Origin: Wolbachia endosymbiont of Onchocerca ochengi
Lineage (GTDB): Bacteria > Pseudomonadota > Alphaproteobacteria > Rickettsiales > Anaplasmataceae
Direction: 5' to 3'
NCBI RefSeq assembly: GCF_000306885.1
Contig: NC_018267.1
Location: 60,001 to 92,000, forward strand
Length of the DNA: 32,000 bases
Positions 24,597 to 32,000 of this stretch are shown one piece after another. Numbering within the stretch: the stretch's first letter is position 1; each line of letters starts with the position of its first letter. The notes under the pieces were generated by a model, which saw nothing but the letters and a program-made list of their open reading frames with translations, was not told the origin of the DNA and did not search any database. The position numbers and the translations under genes were made by a program.

Positions 24597-25343
24597 TTAT
24601 TTTTCTGTAGTGTCACACAAATAGTAACCTAAAACTGCTGAGCTTTCTTTCGCATACTGAATTATGCTTTTATTTAGAACAATTGCATCATGCATAGTTA
24701 AATCACAGAATATAAATGCAGTCAAATACAGCAAAATTACTGCATAAAACGTATGAAAAATCCCCTCAAACGTGATTGATATTGCATTGTTATAATTAAG
24801 TTGTATCGAACTTATTGGCCAAGGTTTTATCACTTCCACAACATTAAAAAATGCATAAGGTATCATAAAGAAAAAGAACAAGTGCACAAAATTATTAAAC
24901 CAAGACGAACATTGAAATATTTCTTTACATATACTTCCATACAATCTACTTACAGCATAATAAATTGACATTATTGCTGGCATCGAAAACGCAATAGTCA
25001 GTACCTGCCCTGACGCTATTTGTATCACTATATTCTCGCTACTATTTGCCGAAGGGTTTTGAATATGGAAAATAGATATCCCAACTAATTGTAGTACCGA
25101 TATGCATATCGCTAACTTCGCAAAAATAGCAGCTATAATTATACCTGAATATGGCATCTTATATAGTATGAAATTGATTCCGTATACGAGAACTAATATA
25201 ATATCGGTAATAAGTAATATTAAAAAAGAAGACCAATAGTTCTGCCAATTCGGTAAATACCCTACCCCTAAAAAAGAGCTTATTACTTTAGCAGGAAAAA
25301 CTATACCCAATACCTTTTTTAAGACTGCCCAAAAAACTTCCAT
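24597..25343 (-). CDS. PgpA-like (phosphatidylglycerophosphatase A family) membrane protein with altered catalytic motifs
   Basis: FLGVGYLPNWQNYWSSF aligns with the PgpA GxGxxPxxPGTxGS motif; ENIVIQIASGQ sits where PgpA has IVxDExxG; EVIKPWPISSIQ is the PgpA KPWPI box. Confidence 0.6.
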   Translation of the reverse strand: MEVFWAVLKKVLGIVFPAKVISSFLGVGYLPNWQNYWSSFLILLITDIILVLVYGINFILYKMPYSGIIIAAIFAKLAICISVLQLVGISIFHIQNPSANSSENIVIQIASGQVLTIAFSMPAIMSIYYAVSRLYGSICKEIFQCSSWFNNFVHLFFFFMIPYAFFNVVEVIKPWPISSIQLNYNNAISITFEGIFHTFYAVILLYLTAFIFCDLTMHDAIVLNKSIIQYAKESSAVLGYYLCDTTEK

Positions 25344-25490
25344 ATCTTAAATGATACTTAGCTAATGGGTTATACTTTATTGCAACATACTTATCAATAG
25401 ATCAAAACCATATTAGAAGAACTTAAATAGGTATACTATGATAGAAAAACTTACATTAGAAACTTAACAATAGCATAATCAATAAACTTC

Positions 25491-28004
25491 TCAGGCCTTT
25501 AGCTCCTTAAATACTGCACTTGCTCTGTCCAGCACAGAATCAGGAAAACCAGCAAGTCTTGCTACATATATTCCATATGACTCATCTGCAATACCCTCAA
25601 CTACTTCATGTAAAAAGACGACTTTTCCGTTCCATTCTTTTACTTTTACACAGAAACATTTTATATTTTTTAAATATTTACCTACTTTAGTTAGTTCATG
25701 ATAATGAGTTGCAAAAATAGCGCGGCACTTATTTACATCATGAATATGTTCAATCACCGCCTGAGCGATAGATAATCCATCATATACTCCTGTACCTCTG
25801 CCAATTTCATCAAGTATCACTAAGGAACGTTCTGTTGCCTGATTGACTATAGTTGCTGTTTCAAGCATCTCTACCATAAAGGTGGAATAGCCAGCCGTTA
25901 CATTATCTGTCGCACCAACTCTGCTGAATATCTTGTCAACTACTCCAATGTGCGCACTATCTGCTGGTACAAATGAACCCATATGAGCTAGAATTGCAAT
26001 GAGAGCATTTTGCCTCAAGAAAGTACTTTTCCCAGCCATATTGGGACCAGTGATTAGATGCATACCAACTAAATTAATACTATTTGCAATAAATTTACCA
26101 TCAATTTCAACTACTGGATGTCTTCCATTATAGATGTTGAATTCTTTACTATCGTCAATAATGGGTTTTACGTAATTATTTTGTACTGCGATCTCTGCAA
26201 ATGAAGTCCTAACATCCAGTTTAGCTAAAGCATTTGCGGCAAGAGCAATCTTCTCAGATTCTTTAGCGATTTTACTGCATAGTTCACCAAAAATTTTTAT
26301 TTCCAAGTTAATTATAGCGTCACGCGCTGCAAAAATTTTATTTTCCAATTCCTTCAATTCACTAGTAGTATAGCGTATGCTATTCGCTAAACTCTGCCTA
26401 TGAATAAATATATTCGAAGTTAACTTATGACTCGTTGACACTTCGACATAATAACCAAGTATATTATTGTGCACTATTTTTAGTGAGGCAATACCAGTCA
26501 GATCGCAATAAGATTTACGAAGCTTAGTTATCAGTTTATTAACATTATTGAGCACATAGGATAACTCTGATAATTCTCGATTATACTGTGGATTAATAAA
26601 CCCACCTTCTTTTATCGAATTTAAGTCATTATCAAGCACAGCATCGTTTAGAAGCTCAAATAATTCTTTATGATTGCCAAGGCTTTTATGTATTGCACTC
26701 AGTTCATCTTCACCTGGTTTTACTGTCATTCTAGAGTTTGATGCTGAAATCTGTGTCTTAATCTCAGCGTTTGACACTGGGATAATATATCGTCGCAAGA
26801 GAAATTCATTCTTGCCGGATTCAATTTTACATAAGAACTCAGACAACTCTAACGTTTTTCCAAGACCCACTTTCAATAAATTAATATCTTTTGGTGAACC
26901 ACGCCCTATCACCAAACGCGACAACGACCTCTCAATATCTGGAATACTAGAAAGTATTTCTCGCACCTTTTTACGCAACTCGTGGTGATTTACAAAAAAC
27001 TCAACAGTGCTAAGCCTTAAATTAACCGCTTTAGAGCAAGCAAGTGGTGATGCGAGCATTTGTTTAAGCAAACGTCCACCAGAAGCTGTAACTGTGTGAT
27101 CAATAACTGAAATTAGTGAACCTTTTCTTTCACCAAACTGAGTTGAAAATAATTCAAGATTTCTCCTTGCTGAAGCATCGATGAGCATAAAACTTTGTTG
27201 CTTGTATGGTTTTGGCAGTTCAAGCCTTGGAATACAACCTTTTTGAGTTACTCTCACATATTCAAGCAGCACACCGCAGGCTATAACCTCCACTTTGCTA
27301 AAATTTCCTATGACCCCAAGTTCTCTAATCTTATAAAATTCGCACAACGTTCTATAGGATTTGTTATACTCAAAAAAACTCTGAGCATGTTGTGTAATTG
27401 ATATTTTATAGCTTTTTAAAATTGACCTGATTTTCTTATCTTCAATGAGCTTTTCAGAAATTAATAATTCCTTTGGTGATACACGTAGCAAGTCATTATC
27501 TAAAGCTTTCAAATTCGTTATAGTGTAAAAAAACTTTCCTGTTGATAATTCAAGCCAACCAATAGCATACTCTTCATTTTCTTCAACTATAGACGCAAGG
27601 TAACTATTGCTTTTATCTTCCAATAATGAATCTTCGATAATTGTACCTGGAGTGACAATTCTGACTACGTCACGTTTTACTATAGATTTATGGCCCCTTC
27701 TTTTTGCTTCATTAGCAGTCTCTAACTGATCACAGATTGCTACTTTAAACCCTAAATCTATTAGTTTATGCAGGTAAGATTCACTATTATGTGCCGGGAC
27801 TCCACACATTGGTATATTCTGTCCACACAAATTACCTCTTTTAGTAAGTACTATATTTAGTAGCTTTGCAGCTTTGATAGCATCATCAAAAAACAATTCA
27901 TAAAAATCTCCTAGCCTATAAAACAACAAATGATCTCTATATCGAGCCTTCAAGTTCAAATATTGTTCCATCACAGGAGTGTTTTTTTCTTTTATGAAAC
28001 TCAT
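25491..28004 (-). CDS. mutS: DNA mismatch repair protein MutS
   Basis: [106 protein letters not shown]. Confidence 0.98.
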   Translation of the reverse strand: MSFIKEKNTPVMEQYLNLKARYRDHLLFYRLGDFYELFFDDAIKAAKLLNIVLTKRGNLCGQNIPMCGVPAHNSESYLHKLIDLGFKVAICDQLETANEAKRRGHKSIVKRDVVRIVTPGTIIEDSLLEDKSNSYLASIVEENEEYAIGWLELSTGKFFYTITNLKALDNDLLRVSPKELLISEKLIEDKKIRSILKSYKISITQHAQSFFEYNKSYRTLCEFYKIRELGVIGNFSKVEVIACGVLLEYVRVTQKGCIPRLELPKPYKQQSFMLIDASARRNLELFSTQFGERKGSLISVIDHTVTASGGRLLKQMLASPLACSKAVNLRLSTVEFFVNHHELRKKVREILSSIPDIERSLSRLVIGRGSPKDINLLKVGLGKTLELSEFLCKIESGKNEFLLRRYIIPVSNAEIKTQISASNSRMTVKPGEDELSAIHKSLGNHKELFELLNDAVLDNDLNSIKEGGFINPQYNRELSELSYVLNNVNKLITKLRKSYCDLTGIASLKIVHNNILGYYVEVSTSHKLTSNIFIHRQSLANSIRYTTSELKELENKIFAARDAIINLEIKIFGELCSKIAKESEKIALAANALAKLDVRTSFAEIAVQNNYVKPIIDDSKEFNIYNGRHPVVEIDGKFIANSINLVGMHLITGPNMAGKSTFLRQNALIAILAHMGSFVPADSAHIGVVDKIFSRVGATDNVTAGYSTFMVEMLETATIVNQATERSLVILDEIGRGTGVYDGLSIAQAVIEHIHDVNKCRAIFATHYHELTKVGKYLKNIKCFCVKVKEWNGKVVFLHEVVEGIADESYGIYVARLAGFPDSVLDRASAVFKELKA

Positions 28005-28167
28005 AGTATTTTTTAATACGCTATATTAGCAATAACTTCAGATTTATCGTTATATATAAATAACATAGAACTTAGATAGAAACCTTTACACATACAAAAA
28101 TAAGCTTTTTAGAAATATATAACGGATTTCTTGTACCCTCCTTTTTTACAAACTACACTAAAATTAT

Positions 28168-28573
28168 ATGAAATTTAAACTCTTTGAAAAGCCTAAATTG
28201 CCATTTATTACTACATTAGGTTATGTTAACAACTAGGAAAAAATAGAAAGGCCTCTCTTATTATTATTTTTAACTTTTTTGAAAAATAATGTACGCTATG
28301 AAAGTAATACGCTAAGTTGAATAAGTTGATATTAAAGGATCACTTCCAGGAATAGTTGTTAGAGCATTCGATGATCATCAAATATTCATACACAATTCCT
28401 TGTTACCAAAATTAAAATGGGGCAACAATTTAATTAATAGTCCTTCCAAAACAGATCACATTTTTGGTATGTTCTTCTCTAAAAAAGAAGTAAATTGTTT
28501 TAATCCTCATCCTCTGATGCGGCCTTTTATAGCACGTGAAGAGCTTTTTAAAGCAAAACATCGAAAAACTTAA
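28168..28573 (+). pseudogene. Pseudogene of a small unidentified protein (about 135 codons)
   Basis: ATG 28168 reads MKFKLFEKPKLPFITTLGYVNN*(TAG 28234)EKIERPLLLLFLTFLKNNVRYESNTLS*; the frame then shifts to an 82-codon open run 28325-28573: VDIKGSLPGIVVRAFDDHQIFIHNSLLPKLKWGNNLINSPSKTDHIFGMFFSKKEVNCFNPHPLMRPFIAREELFKAKHRKT*. Confidence 0.5.
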
Positions 28574-29253
28574 AGTTCTCTCTCTTAGTAAAATTTTGGC
28601 CCAAGGAGGAATGCTTAACATATAATTATATGTGTCAGCATTTAATTACGGCTAAAATATTTATAATCTCTCTCACTATTGTTTTAGTTAATTAAAAAAA
28701 ATCCACGAGAAAAACTTATGCAGTGTAAGAGACTCTTAAAATAACTCCAGAAAAATTTTGCTGAGTACAAAGTTAGATTAGGAACCTAAGGTTGTACATA
28801 ATCACAGCACAGTATATGCTACCAACACTAAACAAACTGATGAGTTCCAAAACTCCCTTAAAAAGTTTTTACATAAAAGAATATTACCACACTTATGCAC
28901 ACAGCCTTATGCTATTATTGATTTGAGATAATTTACATCCTCTCGAATGGCAACGACGTACAACGTCTACTTATAATATTACTCCTTATTATAAAGAAAG
29001 TTATTATTAACGCCATTATTATACCTAAGCGCATTCTTCTGATATCACAAAAAGCAAATACTATAAGCATCAGAAGTATACGTCATGATTAATTCCCTTA
29101 TTCCTTAATAATATAAAACCACAATCATCCAATGCATCATCAAAAGTATGATAAATTAATAACTTAATTATAGATTGACAAAGCTCTAAAATTAAAGAAG
29201 TTATAAACATCACAACAGGATATCTATCTGTAAATCCTTACTTTATACTATTA

Positions 29254-29949
29254 CTATAAAGAAAATAGTTGAAAACTTAGATATTTACACCAGCCCAAAG
29301 AGCAATCACAAACTTGAAGATTTAGATATTGCCTCCCAAACTTACTAGAGAAAGAGAAATCAAGTTCATTATGCAACCGACATTTTAAAATTGCAGGAAA
29401 GTTAACTAGAGAATTACAAGTATTTTGATACCTATACCTGATACGTGCTTCAGTGATCATAATATCCAGTTTTTGATCGTGTTTTTCTACTGGCAAACTT
29501 TTATAATATTGTTTTTCATAAGCTACACCTATAAATATTTTTCCAAATGGTCGCAATTCTTTTATCACAGCATCATACCAACCACCACCAAAACCCAGCC
29601 TATTAAGATACTCATCAAAAGCAATAACAGGAGTAATTATTATGTCAGGAACTATGTTGCTTCTGTCTATTTTATTCCACTCCTTAAATCTTGGTGGCTT
29701 ATTTCCATCAGGAATTGCTACTTTATAACCTAAATTAAGCAAACTATGCATCAAGGGCACAACATTTATTTCTTGATCAATTGGAATATAAGCCGCAATT
29801 GTTCTGCCTTTAACGTAACTTAAGTTTTGATCAAATAGATTAATAAGAAAATTTGCTACATAATTAGAATAACTCTTATCAGTGTTTTTTCTTATAGCCC
29901 TATATTGCTTCCTTACCTCCTTTTTCCGCTGTTTAATATCTTTGAGCAT
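29254..29949 (-). CDS. 5-formyltetrahydrofolate cyclo-ligase with atypical C-terminal extension
   Basis: RKEVRKQYRAIRKN, IAAYIPIDQEINVVPLMHSLLNLGYKVAIP, GFGGGWYDAVI, LPVEKHDQKLDIMITE. Confidence 0.9.
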   Translation of the reverse strand: MLKDIKQRKKEVRKQYRAIRKNTDKSYSNYVANFLINLFDQNLSYVKGRTIAAYIPIDQEINVVPLMHSLLNLGYKVAIPDGNKPPRFKEWNKIDRSNIVPDIIITPVIAFDEYLNRLGFGGGWYDAVIKELRPFGKIFIGVAYEKQYYKSLPVEKHDQKLDIMITEARIRYRYQNTCNSLVNFPAILKCRLHNELDFSFSSKFGRQYLNLQVCDCSLGWCKYLSFQLFSL

Positions 29950-30562
29950 AATCTATCCACTTTACAGTGAGCTTTTCTTGCAAACTGTTTTGCTTCAAAC
30001 GCTCACTTAAAAAATCAAAGTCAACAAAATCCATATTCTGGTCTTGATTAATGCAACTATAAACAAAACTCTCTTCTCCTGTTTCCAGGTTTATATGCCG
30101 TTGCACACATTGAGCGCAAATTCCTTTCATCATACACTGCATAGGAGAATTAATTGACGATACTGCCACGTGGTCAGATTTCAGATATGGCTTTAAAACT
30201 GTTTTCCTAGCTTCATTTACAGCTTTCATCATTTTATCAGAGCCGATAGTAATAATTTTATCTATAGCACCTAAATCAATCGTAGTATCACCTAATATTC
30301 CCTGTTGATAAGAGATTATCGCATTAACTATATTACCATGAAAAGATTTGTCTTGACTTCTGCTTGTTTCTATCCACCCCTCTTCACATGCCCAAACCAC
30401 CGTATTCGACGCATATTCTATCAGTGCTTGTTTAAATAGATCATTTAATTTTTTATAGCCAGCAAAGTACAGAACCTTATTATTATTTTTAAGGTATGCC
30501 TTTCCTATTGGGAATAACACTGCATTTCCGACCCCACCACCGATTAGCATTATGTTTTTCAT
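29933..30562 (-). CDS. NAD(P)-binding / Fe-S domain protein related to the C-terminal half of dihydroorotate dehydrogenase electron-transfer (PyrK-like) flavoproteins
   Basis: MKNIMLIGGGVGNAVLFPIGKAYLKNNNKVLYFAGYKK; Cys-rich SSINSPMQCMMKGICAQCVQRH; good SD (AGAAGG) upstream of the ATG; no N-terminal FAD domain. Confidence 0.65.
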   Translation of the reverse strand: MKNIMLIGGGVGNAVLFPIGKAYLKNNNKVLYFAGYKKLNDLFKQALIEYASNTVVWACEEGWIETSRSQDKSFHGNIVNAIISYQQGILGDTTIDLGAIDKIITIGSDKMMKAVNEARKTVLKPYLKSDHVAVSSINSPMQCMMKGICAQCVQRHINLETGEESFVYSCINQDQNMDFVDFDFLSERLKQNSLQEKLTVKWIDYAQRY

Positions 30563-30592
30563 GTTTTTCCTTCTATTTTCCTACATGTGATA

Positions 30593-30680
30593 CGGAAAAG
30601 GGGGGATTCGAACCCCCGGACATATCTTTATATGTGCACGCTTTCCAAGCGTGTGCTTTAAACCACTCAGCCACCTTTCC
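30593..30680 (-). tRNA. tRNA-Ser (anticodon GGA)
   Basis: Reverse complement GGAAAGGTGGCTGAGTGGTTTAAAGCACACGCTTGGAAAGCGTGTGCACATATAAAGATATGTCCGGGGGTTCGAATCCCCCTTTTCCG folds as a class II tRNA: 7 bp acceptor, anticodon stem CACGC/GCGTG with GGA, long variable arm, T-arm GGGGGTTCGAATCCCCC. Confidence 0.95.
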
Positions 30681-31529
30681 ACATACTATATAATATTAAA
30701 AGTAGTACCATTAAGCAAGTTCAGTTATAAAAACTAGGTATATAAGGTTCACAACAAAAATTTACAATATTGTTAAACTTACTTTCACGTATTGAAAACA
30801 TTTTATCGCAATTTACGAGTATTAAATATTATTCATCTCTGGCAAAATCTGCTATGGATGTACGGTGAATAATGCAATTACTTTATCCTTATACCTTTCC
30901 ATACAACTTCAAATTCTGTGTGTAGCACTGAATTAAAGAATTTAACCAACTTCAACAATAAGTCCCTCTGTTTAATACTACTTTGCCAGTTCCAAATACA
31001 AATTCATCTTTTTCTGGCCAAAATCCCTATTTATAACTTACAAGAAACACCTCAAACTTACAAAAAGTTGCACTTCTCTGATAAAATATCTTCTTCTTTC
31101 ATATTACCACTATTTAATATTCCCTTAGTTTCTAGGCTATCAGCCTTTAAATCTACATTCAGTATTATGCTACTAGTTATAAATCAACTTAAAGATTTAT
31201 AAAACATACTATTAATGCTCAAATTCTCATCATAATCAATGAATCTTATTATTTTTCTATTATAAGCATTGATCTTTCAGTAATAGCAATAGTAAACAAT
31301 TCCCTAGCTAAATGGGTTTTCAATGTAATTTGCATAGGTTCCTTCTATCTAATCATCTAATCGATTAAACTTGAAAAACGGACGGCAAATAAGATATTGC
31401 CATAGTAACAAAAAATTATAGAACACTACTTGCAAAAATAGTATATCAAATATTACATAGTTCAATAAGGACAAGATCCACGTGAAAATATACAGTATAA
31501 CACTGAATAACAATAAAAGTAAAAGAAAG

Positions 31530-32000
31530 TTAAATATCAATATCATGCACATTAAGTGCATTATTATTGATAAAATCACGGCGTGGTTCAACCATGTCAC
31601 CCATTAGCACTGAGAATATGTTATCTGCCTCTTCACAATTTTTTATTTCAACTTTTAGTAAAGTCCTAGTTTCCGGATTGAGCGTAGTTTCCCAAAGCTG
31701 ATCAGCATTCATCTCGCCAAGACCTTTAAATCTCTGCAGAGTTAAACCTTTTTTGCCGTAGTCCATCATCGTTTTTGCAAGTGCACTCGGAGATTTAACC
31801 TTTATTTCAGTTTCTTGTGATTTTAAAAATGAATCACCATTAAATAAGTCAATTATATCATCAAGATAACTGAGTATACTAAGTATTTCTTTACTTTCAA
31901 GTATGCTAAGTGGAAATACATACTTATCTGCTAATCCTTGAAATAATTTAGAGACATAAACTTCTTCACCTTTTACTTCTACTTCCCAAGTATATTTACT
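31530..32000 (-). CDS. gyrB: DNA gyrase subunit B, C-terminal part (5' end beyond window)
   Basis: Open frame to window edge: [22 protein letters not shown]...[70 protein letters not shown]. Confidence 0.95.
   Translation of the reverse strand, partial: SKYTWEVEVKGEEVYVSKLFQGLADKYVFPLSILESKEILSILSYLDDIIDLFNGDSFLKSQETEIKVKSPSALAKTMMDYGKKGLTLQRFKGLGEMNADQLWETTLNPETRTLLKVEIKNCEEADNIFSVLMGDMVEPRRDFINNNALNVHDIDI

Noticed and set aside
26674-27401. Plus-strand ORFs 26674-26988 and 27195-27401
   Set aside because: Antisense to the well-supported mutS.
28430-28621. 63-aa minus-strand ORF MLSIPPWAKILLRERT...
   Set aside because: Antisense shadow of the more protein-like plus-strand open run 28325-28573.
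30496-30693. 65-aa plus-strand ORF
   Set aside because: Runs through the antisense of tRNA-Ser and the start of the NAD-domain gene.
30918-31600. ORFs 30918-31202 (+) and 31349-31600 (-)
   Set aside because: Biased AT/Leu/Phe-rich translations without motifs; the latter overlaps the gyrB 3' end in another frame.

Overview
This AT-rich 32 kb window looks like an Anaplasmataceae chromosome, most likely Wolbachia; that assignment is inferred from protein character and gene arrangement and has not been searched. It is mostly housekeeping DNA: exoD tail, cysS, yqaA-like, pgk, ferredoxin/thioredoxin reductase-like, transaldolase, atpC-atpD, pstC, rpmH-rnpA, 23S-5S rRNA without an adjacent 16S, TPR/methyltransferase, nrdA, ruvX, uvrC, glyS-glyQ, a PgpA-like protein, mutS, a 5-FTHF cyclo-ligase, a flavin-reductase-type NAD domain, tRNA-Ser(GGA) and the gyrB 3' end. 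I found no mobile element, CRISPR array or defence-like cassette, and no credible novel multi-gene system. The notable signal is ongoing decay inside otherwise conserved genes. glyS has an in-frame TAA before its C-terminal domain, with the same frame continuing downstream. uvrC stops before its helix-hairpin-helix domain, whose frameshifted relic is still readable. A PgpA homologue appears to have lost its acidic catalytic motifs. Several large 'empty' gaps hold readable pseudogene remnants.
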